This document shows positions 10,749 through 20,613 of a stretch of 64,000 nt of DNA, in pieces. Every line of letters begins with the position of its first letter. The stretch's first letter is position 1. Source of the stretch: Pseudobacter sp. (GTDB lineage: Bacteria; Bacteroidota; Bacteroidia; Chitinophagales; Chitinophagaceae); the NCBI GenBank assembly GCA_017849455.1, contig JAFIGX010000007.1, forward strand, positions 4,208-68,207, given 5' to 3'. The translations under genes and the position numbers were made by a program. A model generated the notes under the pieces. That model ran no database searches, was not told where the DNA came from, and saw nothing but the letters and a program-made list of their open reading frames with translations.

Positions 10749-11108
10749 ATGACTACCAAGGAAATAGCCAAAAAGCTCGCCGGCTACTGCGCTAAAGGCC
10801 AATGGGAACATGCCCAGAAAGAATTATATGCCGAACACGCTACCAGCACCGAACAGCACGCATCACCCGATTTCGAAAAAGAGACCAAAGGGCTGAAAGC
10901 CATCATCGAAAAAGGACATAAGTTCAATAAGATGGTGGAGGAGATGCATAGTGTTGCCGTGTCGGAGCCTGTTGTAGCCGACAATTCATTCGCCATCGTG
11001 ATGACGATGGACTCCACCATGAAAGGAAGGGGAAGAATGAAAATGTCGGAGCTCTGCGTTTACCAGGTTAAGGACGGCAAGGTAGTAGCAGAACAATTTT
11101 TCATGTAG
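10749..11108 (+). CDS. SnoaL-like / NTF2-fold small protein
   Basis: About 120 aa from the internal Met (MTTKEIAKKL...), ending ...VYQVKDGKVVAEQFFM. This is typical of the SnoaL-like family. The start was chosen at the ATG at 10749. Confidence 0.5.
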   Translation: MTTKEIAKKLAGYCAKGQWEHAQKELYAEHATSTEQHASPDFEKETKGLKAIIEKGHKFNKMVEEMHSVAVSEPVVADNSFAIVMTMDSTMKGRGRMKMSELCVYQVKDGKVVAEQFFM

Positions 11109-11175
11109 GAGCTGACACTGCTCATTGTCATTATCTTTAAAGCAACGATCAGCCGGAAGTATCCGGGTGAATTAG

Positions 11176-11880
11176 TTATTTTTTGTGGTTATTCCCGGCA
11201 TGTTCCAGCCGCTCTTTTGCCCATCCCAGTGCAATGTCCAGTTGCTCCTTGATGGTGAGTTTGGAATTGTCCAGCACCAGTGCATCCTCGGCCTGGCGGA
11301 GTGGACTGATGGCGCGATGCGAATCGATATAGTCGCGCATTTCAAGATTGGATTTCACTTCCTCTATCGTGATATTGGGGTTCTTCTCGTATAATTCACG
11401 GAATCTCCTTTCTACCCGGATGGCATTGTCGGCAGTCATGAAGATCTTCAGCTCCGCCTGTGGAAAGACCACGGTGCCTATATCGCGGCCATCCATTACG
11501 ATCCCTTTCTTCCTGCCCATCGCCTGCTGCTGCCTCACGGCAAATTCCCGTACTTCCCTGATAGCTGCCACATCGCTCACTTTTTCCGCCACCACCAGGT
11601 CACGGATCACGTATTCCACATTCTCCTCATTGAGGTACATTTCGCTCTGCCCGTTCTTATGGTTCGATTGAAATTCGAGATCGATATGCTTCAATGCATC
11701 TTCCACTGCTTTGTGCTTTGTCCAGTCCACATGGTTCCGCAGAAAATACAATGTAATGGCCCGGTACATGGCGCCACTGTCGATGTAGACATATCCTAAT
11801 TCTCTCGCCAGTTGTTTTGCAAGGGTGCTTTTGCCGCACGACGACCAGCCGTCGATGGTAATGATGATCTTTTTATCCAT
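11176..11880 (-). CDS. cmk: Cytidylate kinase
   Basis: P-loop ITIDGWSSCGKSTLAKQLARELGYVYIDSGAMYRA and a DGRDIGTVVFP motif. The start is taken at MDKKIII (ATG at 11880). Confidence 0.9.
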   Translation of the reverse strand: MDKKIIITIDGWSSCGKSTLAKQLARELGYVYIDSGAMYRAITLYFLRNHVDWTKHKAVEDALKHIDLEFQSNHKNGQSEMYLNEENVEYVIRDLVVAEKVSDVAAIREVREFAVRQQQAMGRKKGIVMDGRDIGTVVFPQAELKIFMTADNAIRVERRFRELYEKNPNITIEEVKSNLEMRDYIDSHRAISPLRQAEDALVLDNSKLTIKEQLDIALGWAKERLEHAGNNHKK

Positions 11881-12011
11881 GATGAAGTGGTACAAAAATG
11901 CAGAAAAATCGGCAATCGGCAATCTATTGCCTGGACGTCATAGCATTAGTGAACAGGCCGGGCCCTTCGCTTATTGAAGACCTCAAGCCATCTTCGCTAA
12001 AGCTATAGCGG

Positions 12012-12407
12012 CTAAACAGGCATGGGCTGACGGGTGATGGCTTTCCACCTATCGCCTTCGTTTCCCCATACATCGGTAACAAAAAATTCTTCCGGCTCAC
12101 CGGTGTAGTTGGGCCTGGCATATTGCCTGGTCCTGTACAATACTACACAGGCATGTTCATGGACGGTTATGCTGATAAAGTCGACTTCAAATTTATCGAG
12201 CCGGTATATTTCCAGTGCCATCTGAAGCCATTCGGCTTTATTCATACACAGGTCTTTCCTGTTCCTGCTGATGTAGTTGAAATTGTCGGCCAGTAAATGT
12301 TCGAGCGATGCCCGGTCGCGGTCCTTCCAGGCATTCATCCATTGTAAGGTGAGCTCTTTGAAAAATTGTGCATCGGGTTTCAGAGCCATAACAGAGGTAG
12401 CAACCAT
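12012..12407 (-). CDS. NTF2-like (DUF4440/SnoaL-like) protein
   Basis: 131 aa. The pattern ...WMNAWKDRDRASLEHLLADNF... is characteristic of the NTF2-like fold. Confidence 0.5.
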   Translation of the reverse strand: MVATSVMALKPDAQFFKELTLQWMNAWKDRDRASLEHLLADNFNYISRNRKDLCMNKAEWLQMALEIYRLDKFEVDFISITVHEHACVVLYRTRQYARPNYTGEPEEFFVTDVWGNEGDRWKAITRQPMPV

Positions 12408-12563
12408 GAATAATGGGGCCAGGTGGAATTTACAAACGGTTCATGGCTACAATACCGGCCTTTCAGGTCTCATACAAGTTAATATTTAATAGGCTATTTT
12501 CCCGCGACCAGAGAGGGTTTTTGAGGAGGATTTGACAGTTTTTATACAAAAGTGAAGGTTTGC

Positions 12564-12649
12564 CACGAAGGCACGAAGGCGCAAAGGATAGATAAGTTAG
12601 GTTAAGGGCAGCAATGCTGAGGGCAGCTTTATGTCTTCGTGTCTTCGTG
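12564..12649. repeat. Imperfect inverted repeat cacgaaggcacgaag / cttcgtgtcttcgtg
   Basis: 15-nt arms (12564-12578 and 12635-12649) with one mismatch, separated by ~55 nt. Located in the intergenic region. Confidence 0.6.
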
Positions 12650-12650
12650 A

Positions 12651-12691
12651 CAAAAAAAGAACGCTGACCTGCGCATATTGCGGCCAGCGTT
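12651..12691 (-). terminator. Rho-independent terminator (minus strand)
   Basis: On the - strand, aacgctggcc-(12 nt loop)-ggtcagcgtt forms a 10-bp stem with one G.U pair. It is followed directly by cttttttt. Confidence 0.6.
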
Positions 12692-12906
12692 CAAAAATGT
12701 AGTGGACGACGACGATGGTGGCTCACTACTGCAAGTCACCTGGTTTTCGTAAGCATTGGATTTGATTTTTTCAACGCCCGTTTCAGGGGATCGGCATCAC
12801 GATAAATGCCAGGGTCTGTCAACGGCATTAAAAACAACAGGGACTTGATAATATTAACGACAGGTCGTTTTGAAAGTTGTATCTGCCGGGTCCTAAAAAT
12901 GTTAAT

Positions 12907-12928
12907 GGCCCCGCCGAATGGCGGGGCC
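12907..12928 (-). terminator. GC-rich hairpin just downstream of clpC
   Basis: ggccccgcc-gaat-ggcggggcc is a perfect 9-bp stem, 70 nt after the clpC stop. The downstream T-tract on the - strand is weak. Confidence 0.4.
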
Positions 12929-12997
12929 TAAGTGTTTTCTTTTATATGATACTACATGTTTATTAACGCTTTGTAGCCGCCGGGCTACAGTGCCTCC

Positions 12998-15523
12998 CTA
13001 TGCTTCCGACTTTTCTTTGGTCGGCGCCTTGATCGAGAACCTGATCTTCGAGTTCTCCTTATCGAGGTCGGCGATCATGATATCACCTTGCTTGATATGC
13101 AGGTTCAGGATCTCTTCTGCGAGAGGATCTTCCAGGTATTTCTGGATGGCCCTGTGCAGCGGGCGTGCCCCGAATTGCTGATCATATCCCTTATCCGCGA
13201 TGAAATTCTTCGCATCTTCCGTCAACTCCAGGGTAAAGCCCAGTGTTGCCAGTCTCTTCGTTACTCCTTTCATCAGGATATCGATGATCTGGAAGATATG
13301 GTCCTTATTCAGTGAATTGAAGATGATCACATCGTCGATACGGTTCAGGAATTCCGGTGAGAATGTCCTTTTCAGCGCTTTTTCGATCACTGCCTTGTTG
13401 TTCTCATCGGTGCTCATGGTGCGGGCCGCAGTGGCGAATCCAACACCTTCCCCAAAATCTTTCAACTGGCGTACACCGATATTGGAGGTCATGATGATGG
13501 TAGTGTTCTTGAAGTCTACCTTCCGCCCCAATCCATCCGTGAGTTGACCATCATCGAGCACCTGCAACAGTATATTGTAAATATCAGGATGTGCTTTTTC
13601 GATCTCATCGAGCAGGATCACTGAGTAAGGTTTGCGGCGCACTCTTTCAGTGAGCTGGCCACCTTCTTCATACCCAACATAACCGGGAGGCGCACCTATC
13701 AGGCGGCTGACGGTGAATTTTTCCATGTATTCACTCATATCGATCCTGATCAAAGCATCTTCCGAATCGAACATATAGCGGGCAAGTGATCTTGCCAATT
13801 CTGTTTTACCAACACCTGTAGGGCCGAGGAAGATGAAAGTACCGATCGGCTTCCTCGGATCTTTCAGACCTACACGGTTACGCTGGATAGCTTTCACCAC
13901 TTTGCCGATGGCTTCGTCCTGGCCTACTACCATACCTCTCATATCTTCGGCCATGCGGCGCAGTTTTTCGCTTTCTGCCTGCACCATCCGTTTTACCGGG
14001 ATGCCTGTCATCATGCTCACCACTTCTGCAATGGCTTCTTCATCGATCGGATAACGTTTATGCTTGCTTTCTTCTTCCCATCCTGCTTTGGCTTTTTCCA
14101 ATTCTTCCTGCAACCTTTTCTCTGTGTCACGGAGTGAAGCGGCTTCTTCGAACTTCTGGCTTTTCACCACTTTGTTCTTTTCCACTTTCACATCTTCTAT
14201 CTTTTTCTCCAGGTCGAGGATCTCTTTCGGCACATTGATGTTCTTCAGGTGAACGCGCGCGCCAACTTCATCCATTACGTCGATCGCCTTGTCGGGCAAT
14301 AAACGGTCGGTGATATAACGGTCGCTCAGTTTCACACAGGCATCTATGGCATCATCACTGTAAGTGACATTGTGATAGTCTTCGTATTTCGATTTGATGT
14401 TGTTGAGGATCTGGATAGTTTCGTCTACACTTGGAGGTTCTACCATCACTTTCTGGAAACGGCGGTCGAGGGCGCCATCTTTTTCGATGTACATCCTGTA
14501 CTCATCGAGCGTGGAAGCGCCGATGCATTGAAGCTCGCCCCTGGCCAGTGCCGGTTTGAAGATATTGGAAGCGTCCAGTGAACCGCTGGCGCCACCGGCG
14601 CCTACGATCGTGTGGATCTCGTCGATGAAGAGGATCACGTCACGATTCTTTTCGAGCTCGTTCATGATGGCCTTCATGCGCTCTTCGAACTGGCCACGAT
14701 ATTTTGTACCTGCCACCAGTGCGGCCAGGTCTAATGAAATAACACGTTTGTCGAACAATACACGGGAAACTTTGCGTTGTACGATGCGGAGGGCAAGCCC
14801 TTCCACGATCGCTGTTTTACCGACGCCAGGCTCACCGATCAGGATCGGGTTATTCTTTTTCCGGCGGGAAAGGATCTGCGATACCCTTTCTATCTCTGCT
14901 TCACGTCCAACGATGGGGTCCAGTGAACCGTTCTCCGCGAGGCGGGTGATGTCGCGGCCGAAATTATCGAGCACCGGCGTTTTACTTTTTGCATTACCGG
15001 CAGAGCGGGATTTCTGTTGTGAATATTTTTTCTCTTCATCGAAGTCATCTTCATTCTCATCAGCATATTCACTACGCACATCATTACTTTTTACAACGCC
15101 TAATTCATTGCGGAAAAGATCATAGTCCACGTCGAACTGATTTAAGATTTGAGTAGCGATGTTTTCTTTATTCTTAAGGATAGACAGCATGAGATGTTCT
15201 GTTTCCACTGTAGGGCTTTTCAGTGCTTTGGCCTCGAGTACAGTTACGCGGATCACCTTTTCTGCCTGCTTCGTCAGCGGCAAGCTGTTTATGTTGGCGA
15301 TGTTTTTACCGGTCTTATCCTTTACTGCCATTTCAACTTCTTTCCGCAATTCATAAAGATCAACGTTGAAACTTTTCAAAATACGGACTGCAGTATTCTC
15401 TCCCTCACGAATCAACCCCAGCAACAAATGTTCGGTACCGATAAAATCATTCCCCAGCCTAAGAGCCTCCTCCCTGCTAAACGAAATGATCTCCTTCACC
15501 TGGGCTGAAAAATTGTTGTCCAT
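12998..15523 (-). CDS. clpC: ATP-dependent Clp protease ATP-binding subunit ClpC (class III Hsp100)
   Basis: Two Clp_N repeats (FIGTEHLLLGL / VETEHLMLSIL). Two AAA+ modules (GEPGVGKT, GPTGVGKT). UVR-like linker KFEEAASLRDTEKRL. The start is at MDNNFSAQV (ATG at 15523). Confidence 0.93.
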   Translation of the reverse strand: MDNNFSAQVKEIISFSREEALRLGNDFIGTEHLLLGLIREGENTAVRILKSFNVDLYELRKEVEMAVKDKTGKNIANINSLPLTKQAEKVIRVTVLEAKALKSPTVETEHLMLSILKNKENIATQILNQFDVDYDLFRNELGVVKSNDVRSEYADENEDDFDEEKKYSQQKSRSAGNAKSKTPVLDNFGRDITRLAENGSLDPIVGREAEIERVSQILSRRKKNNPILIGEPGVGKTAIVEGLALRIVQRKVSRVLFDKRVISLDLAALVAGTKYRGQFEERMKAIMNELEKNRDVILFIDEIHTIVGAGGASGSLDASNIFKPALARGELQCIGASTLDEYRMYIEKDGALDRRFQKVMVEPPSVDETIQILNNIKSKYEDYHNVTYSDDAIDACVKLSDRYITDRLLPDKAIDVMDEVGARVHLKNINVPKEILDLEKKIEDVKVEKNKVVKSQKFEEAASLRDTEKRLQEELEKAKAGWEEESKHKRYPIDEEAIAEVVSMMTGIPVKRMVQAESEKLRRMAEDMRGMVVGQDEAIGKVVKAIQRNRVGLKDPRKPIGTFIFLGPTGVGKTELARSLARYMFDSEDALIRIDMSEYMEKFTVSRLIGAPPGYVGYEEGGQLTERVRRKPYSVILLDEIEKAHPDIYNILLQVLDDGQLTDGLGRKVDFKNTTIIMTSNIGVRQLKDFGEGVGFATAARTMSTDENNKAVIEKALKRTFSPEFLNRIDDVIIFNSLNKDHIFQIIDILMKGVTKRLATLGFTLELTEDAKNFIADKGYDQQFGARPLHRAIQKYLEDPLAEEILNLHIKQGDIMIADLDKENSKIRFSIKAPTKEKSEA

Positions 15524-15617
15524 TTTTATAATTTGTTGTGTTATACAATAATAACAAATATTTTTGACTTCTGTTCTGGCCGCTTTATTAACGGCTGTTA
15601 ACAACTACAAAGTGTGT

Positions 15618-15995
15618 ATGAAGGTCAAAATTGATACCAAGCAAAAATTCCATGTCATTAGCATCACAGAACCATCTCTTTCTGCTAATATGACAGCAGA
15701 ACTGGACGCCAGTTTACTTCCATTCCTCCAAAATGACGTTAAAAACGTGGTACTCACCTTAAAAGACATCGAAACCATCGATGAAGCTGCGGGAGAGTAT
15801 TTGTTAAAGATCCAACAAATGTTCTACGAGCAGCATGCATCCTTCGTGATCTGTGAGTTACAACCATCCGTGGAGGATACACTGGAGAAAGCCGGGATAC
15901 TTGAATTGATGAATACCACCCCCACGGAAAGTGAGGCCTGGGACATCGTGCAGATGGAAGAGATCGAAAGGGAATTGCTGGGAGGTGAACTTTAA
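15618..15995 (+). CDS. STAS-domain protein (anti-sigma-factor-antagonist-like)
   Basis: About 125 aa from MKVKIDTKQKFHVISI. The STAS-like layout ends in an acidic tail. It is divergent from clpC. Confidence 0.6.
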   Translation: MKVKIDTKQKFHVISITEPSLSANMTAELDASLLPFLQNDVKNVVLTLKDIETIDEAAGEYLLKIQQMFYEQHASFVICELQPSVEDTLEKAGILELMNTTPTESEAWDIVQMEEIERELLGGEL

Positions 15996-16010
15996 CAAAC
16001 GGGGGTAACT

Positions 16011-16691
16011 ATGAAAAAATATGCCGTCATTGTGGCCGGAGGCTCCGGTCTTAGAATGGGCACGCGGGTGCCGAAACAGTTCCTTCCCTTGCGGGACAAA
16101 CCCGTTTTATGGTATACTCTTACCGCTTTTCTCGAAGCCTTCCCCGACCTCACCATCATTCTTGTGCTGCCGGAAGCACACCTGCAAACCGGCCATGATA
16201 TCCTCCGGACCACCCACGACCCCGACCGCATCTGGATGACCACCGGCGGCGAAACCCGTTTCCACTCTGTCAAGAACGGCCTCGATCATATCCACCAACA
16301 TTCTATCGTATTCGTTCACGACGGCGTTCGCTGCCTCCTCACCCCCGATCTGGTCCGCCGCTGCTACCAGATGGCCCTCGAAAGAGGTAACGCCATCCCC
16401 GCGGTGACTGCCGTCGATTCCATCCGCATCGAAAATATAGGTGGCAATGAATATATCGATCGCAACAAAGTACGTATCATCCAAACACCTCAGACATTCT
16501 ACAGCGATATCATCAAAGCAGCTTTCGAACAGGAATATGAAGAAACATTCACCGATGAGGCCAGTGTAGTGGAAAGGCTGGGCGTAAAGATCCATCTCAT
16601 AGAAGGCGAAGCCACCAATATCAAGATCACGCAACCGATCGATATCCTCATTGCGGAGAAGATCCTTGAAGAAAGAGAGATGGGAATTTGA
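16011..16691 (+). CDS. ispD: 2-C-methyl-D-erythritol 4-phosphate cytidylyltransferase
   Basis: AVIVAGGSGLRMGTRVPKQFL at the N-terminus, plus the IQTPQTF and NIKITQPIDI motifs. Confidence 0.9.
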   Translation: MKKYAVIVAGGSGLRMGTRVPKQFLPLRDKPVLWYTLTAFLEAFPDLTIILVLPEAHLQTGHDILRTTHDPDRIWMTTGGETRFHSVKNGLDHIHQHSIVFVHDGVRCLLTPDLVRRCYQMALERGNAIPAVTAVDSIRIENIGGNEYIDRNKVRIIQTPQTFYSDIIKAAFEQEYEETFTDEASVVERLGVKIHLIEGEATNIKITQPIDILIAEKILEEREMGI

Positions 16692-16705
16692 GTGAGCAGT
16701 GGGTA

Positions 16706-16814
16706 GTTAGCAGTGGGCAATTTGCAGTTGGCAGTTAAGAAACTCCGAATTGCGAAAGACTCGTGTCAACACAAGCTGTTACCGACTGCCAACTGCAAAT
16801 TGCCCACTGCTAAC
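16706..16814. repeat. Perfect 30-bp inverted repeat (hairpin element) between convergent genes
   Basis: The left arm is 16706-16735, gttagcagtgggcaatttgcagttggcagt. It is the exact reverse complement of the right arm, 16785-16814. The spacer is 49 nt. The right arm overlaps the stop codon of the - strand gene. Confidence 0.85.
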
Positions 16815-17733
16815 TGCTCCTCAGCATCCTCACCCACCAGGGCAGCCTGTTGATCCGCAATGCCGGATAGATCTCCTGCACCGCGCCGAAACTGCTGAAG
16901 AAATAGGCGAGATTGCGCAGGTCGGAGCCTTCGAAGTCCAGCAACAGATCCTGCCCCGCCTGCTCACGGATAAACCCATCGATCAACTGATGCGATGCGC
17001 CTAATGTGCGGCCATTGGGGTGATTGCCGGCCAGTATATAACAGGCACGGCCATGCGAGAAGAAGAAGACGCCGGAAGCGATCAATTCACCTGATGCCGC
17101 ATAAACACCATAAGCCCTGGCCTGCCCCCGCTGTTGCAAAAGATGATACAGGGAGCTGAACGACGCATAATCCGCATCGGATAGCTTCAGGATTTTCTGC
17201 ATCTGCATTTTCGATAAAGCGATCACTTCCTCCACCGGTATATCGATCTTGAACCTGTTCTGCAATTGCTGTGATCTTCTTACATCCTGGCGCACCTTTC
17301 CACGGTATCCAGCACTCAGTTCTTCGTACGATCTGTTCAATGACAGCACATAGTTGGTACGCAGGATGGACTGCCCGCCTGTCCCTTCATACAAATTGTC
17401 TTTATTGAGATCGATCTCGATCAACCTGAATTTCTTCGGAATAGCATGAATGAATTCCTGTGCCAATGCGGGTGTCAGCGAATTCCCGAAGATCCCCAGT
17501 GAAGCAGTGAATGGGGGTTGATACAAATAATGAATGCCATATTTCCGGTTCCAGGTGAGGGGCATGACCGCCTCATAGTTGTTCAGCACCAGGGCATCCC
17601 AGTTTTTGGCCATCCGGTCGAGGTAGAAAGAATACGCATATATGAGGCCGTTACCAGCCGTGTCCACACATTGGTCCCACCTGGCAATGTCCAGTTGGCG
17701 CCGCTGCAGGTATTGTATGGAATGGCCAGGCAT
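16810..17733 (-). CDS. GNAT/FemAB-like acyltransferase-fold protein (function unknown)
   Basis: 307 aa. Its general resemblance to BioF2-like/FemAB-type acetyltransferase family proteins is weakly recognised. It lies 6 nt downstream of the M1 peptidase gene. Confidence 0.4.
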   Translation of the reverse strand: MPGHSIQYLQRRQLDIARWDQCVDTAGNGLIYAYSFYLDRMAKNWDALVLNNYEAVMPLTWNRKYGIHYLYQPPFTASLGIFGNSLTPALAQEFIHAIPKKFRLIEIDLNKDNLYEGTGGQSILRTNYVLSLNRSYEELSAGYRGKVRQDVRRSQQLQNRFKIDIPVEEVIALSKMQMQKILKLSDADYASFSSLYHLLQQRGQARAYGVYAASGELIASGVFFFSHGRACYILAGNHPNGRTLGASHQLIDGFIREQAGQDLLLDFEGSDLRNLAYFFSSFGAVQEIYPALRINRLPWWVRMLRSS

Positions 17734-17739
17734 GTTCCG

Positions 17740-20598
17740 TCAGAATGGAAATTGGTTATTCGTTAATCTCCGCAAATTGAACCGCTGGATGTCGATACTG
17801 AATGAAATGCGTTTCAGGAAGGTATTCTCATCGGGTACGGTCTTGAGGTTGTCGCGGAACTCGTTGCTGTAAACTACAGGCACGTAGATATTCAACAGTT
17901 CTTTGATCAGCGATACCTGGAACCCGCCTACGTAGAGGAATTTGCTGGTGGCCGCGTTTTTCTTCCATGCCTGGGCATAAGTGCCAACGTCCAGGAACAG
18001 GCGCACAGGTAATTTCACAGGGAACAATTTTTCGGGCAGGGTGCTGTTGAAGTTCATGGAAGCGATCCAGTTGTCGGACCGCCCCTGGAGGTCCTGGAAC
18101 AGGTCGGTGCGGAGTTTCAGTCCGCCGTCGCGCATCATGATCTGCTGACTGGCAAACCCATTGATCTCATTCCTGCCTATGAAATAATTGCTGTAGGTGT
18201 AATCTTCATTGCCCCTGACGGCAGTGAGCTTCGGCTGGTAGATAGCTGTAGCGAACTCTTTGGCAGTGGTCTTTTCACCCAGGTATCCGAATTTGGCGGC
18301 GAACACGCGCACATTCATACCTCCTCCCTTCGCATAGTTGAGAAAGTAATGCCCGGTAGCTGTTGCCCGGTAGAAACCTTCACCCTGCTGTACCCGCAAC
18401 TGTACATCGTACGGGTACAGGGCACGGTAATCGGCGATATTGAAAGTAAGCTGGTTGAGATAACGGTTCCTTACCTGCCCTTTGGACGGATAGTACAATG
18501 AATCGGCCTGCTTCAGGAAATAATTGAAACCTCTCTCGCCAATGAAGTAGGTCTTCCACTCCAGCCATTTCTCCACAGTGCTGCGTGCGTTCTTGTTGGA
18601 GAAAGTGAAACGAAGCGATGGAACGATCTTGTGGAATCCGCTGAAAACCTTTGTGCCATTGCTATCCACGCCATCGAGTGTCGAGAAGCGCGCCCCTGAA
18701 ATACCGAGCTCTATTTTCTGCAATGCATTGGCGGGATACCAGGAATAAGCGAGATGCCCGATCCCATTGAACTGTTTGCTCCCCATTGCATACAACGGGA
18801 CCAGTGCGTATTGAAATTTTTTGGCAGGTGGTGTATAATTATGAATGAGTAATCCCACCATGAATTTATCATACATGTTGTAACCGATGGCAGGCATCCA
18901 GTTCACATAGTTCACCCTGTCGTAGTCCCGGAACGAGAAGAAGAAGGCGGGTTTTATTTTTTTGGGCCCGGTATACGGGTCGATCTCACCTTTTTCATCC
19001 AGCAGCCTGAAATGCGGGGAGAGGTCTTGTGCGGCATGGGCCTGCATCACCTGTTGAAAATCTTCGGGGCCGGGATGTTTGAACTGCCATTGCTGATAAT
19101 ACGCCCGCATGGCGCTGTCGAACTGCGGCCTGCCCATCATCGTTTCCAGTTTTTGCATCCATTCGGCCGTTTTCGAATAGGCGATAACGCTAATCCCCAG
19201 GTGAGTAAAATCAGGGGAAGCTGTGGAAATGGGCTGATCTTTCCTTTGTTTGGCCAGGATCGATACCAATAGCGGCCCTTCATTCTCCGGCACTCTATTA
19301 TTGAGCCAGTTGCCCGAAGAATCAGGATATCGCAGGGCTTTATAACGGTTGTCGTAATAAGTGTTCATTCCTTCGTCCATCCAGGGATGATCGCGCTCGT
19401 TATTGGCCAGCACACCATAGAACCAGTTATGGCCAACTTCGTGTTCGATCACGAGGTCCAGCTCTTTGGCATTTTCCATGGAAGAAATACTGGTAATGGT
19501 GGGATATTCCATTCCTCCATCGAACCCGATGGCAGCTTCCACCACGCTCACCACGTTATAGGGATATTCAGCCAGCACGGCCGATCTGGATCGGACAGCT
19601 TCTTTCAGGAAGCGGATGCTTTGTTTCCAGGCATTGCTCTCCGCCGAAGTATAGAATGTATACGCTTCCACTATTCTGCCCGATGGCAACTGAACGGTGT
19701 CCCGGTCGACCACAAAGTGCTTATCGGCGAACCAGGCAAAATCATGAATGCGGTCCTGCCGGTATTGGAGGGTCTTGGTTCTGCCGCTGATAGTGGCCGG
19801 CATGATGGTGGGTTTCATTTTTTCCGCCACCGGCTTCCTGCCCCATGCCATTTTTTTTGTTTTCAGGACCTGTGGCTTCGTAACGAGTTCCGGTTTATGC
19901 CCTTGCGTTTCCTGTTTGGCCGCACTGTTCACCAGTTCACCGGTGGCAGCTACCACATATTCATCGGGTACGGTTATGCGCACATCGTAGCTGCCGAACT
20001 CGCTATAGAATTCGCCCTGGTCGAGATAAGGCATGGGATGCCAGCCCTGGCGGTCGTAGACGGCAGGTTTGGGATACCATTGCGTTACCTGGTACGACTG
20101 GCCCTTATGCCCTCCTCTCGAAAAATTGGCGGGCAGCTTCACATGAAATGGAGTAGTGATAAGGGTTTGGCCGCCCGGAGGTAATGGAGCAGACAGGTAC
20201 ACTTTTACGATGTCGATGAACTGCGGATGATCTTCTGTTCTCAGTGAAATATTGTCCGACCGGAAATCGAGCCTGTTCATATAACCCCGCTGGTCTTTGC
20301 CGGCAAAATAGAAATCCGTTCTGCCGTTCTCCAGGAATTGCTCACTGAAAGCGGTACGGTCGTTCTTGAAAGCATTGGGCCAGATATGGAACCAGATATA
20401 GGATAATGTATCGGGCGAATGATTGATGTATTGCAACTTCAGGAATCCATTCAGCGTATGTTCGGCATCGTTGAGACTGACATCGATGGTATAATGCACT
20501 TCCTGTTGCCAATAGTTTTTTTGTGCAAAGACGGAGAGCTGGAAGAAAAAGCAGGCAATTAGAAGTATGGTGTATCTGAACACGGCGGTTTTTTTCAA
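17740..20598 (-). CDS. M1-family zinc metallopeptidase (aminopeptidase N-like), exported
   Basis: Signal peptide. Gluzincin motif VIEHEVGHNWFYG followed by WMDEGMNTY. Confidence 0.85.
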   Translation of the reverse strand: MKKTAVFRYTILLIACFFFQLSVFAQKNYWQQEVHYTIDVSLNDAEHTLNGFLKLQYINHSPDTLSYIWFHIWPNAFKNDRTAFSEQFLENGRTDFYFAGKDQRGYMNRLDFRSDNISLRTEDHPQFIDIVKVYLSAPLPPGGQTLITTPFHVKLPANFSRGGHKGQSYQVTQWYPKPAVYDRQGWHPMPYLDQGEFYSEFGSYDVRITVPDEYVVAATGELVNSAAKQETQGHKPELVTKPQVLKTKKMAWGRKPVAEKMKPTIMPATISGRTKTLQYRQDRIHDFAWFADKHFVVDRDTVQLPSGRIVEAYTFYTSAESNAWKQSIRFLKEAVRSRSAVLAEYPYNVVSVVEAAIGFDGGMEYPTITSISSMENAKELDLVIEHEVGHNWFYGVLANNERDHPWMDEGMNTYYDNRYKALRYPDSSGNWLNNRVPENEGPLLVSILAKQRKDQPISTASPDFTHLGISVIAYSKTAEWMQKLETMMGRPQFDSAMRAYYQQWQFKHPGPEDFQQVMQAHAAQDLSPHFRLLDEKGEIDPYTGPKKIKPAFFFSFRDYDRVNYVNWMPAIGYNMYDKFMVGLLIHNYTPPAKKFQYALVPLYAMGSKQFNGIGHLAYSWYPANALQKIELGISGARFSTLDGVDSNGTKVFSGFHKIVPSLRFTFSNKNARSTVEKWLEWKTYFIGERGFNYFLKQADSLYYPSKGQVRNRYLNQLTFNIADYRALYPYDVQLRVQQGEGFYRATATGHYFLNYAKGGGMNVRVFAAKFGYLGEKTTAKEFATAIYQPKLTAVRGNEDYTYSNYFIGRNEINGFASQQIMMRDGGLKLRTDLFQDLQGRSDNWIASMNFNSTLPEKLFPVKLPVRLFLDVGTYAQAWKKNAATSKFLYVGGFQVSLIKELLNIYVPVVYSNEFRDNLKTVPDENTFLKRISFSIDIQRFNLRRLTNNQFPF

Positions 20599-20613
20599 AA
20601 ATAAGGGAATTAA

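Noticed and set aside
14556-15125. 189-aa + strand ORF (with several other 60-120-aa + ORFs between 13088 and 15551)
   Set aside because: All lie inside clpC on the opposite strand. They are Ser/Phe/Arg-rich antisense translations.
19387-20184. 265-aa + strand ORF
   Set aside because: Antisense to the M1 metallopeptidase gene, with no motifs.
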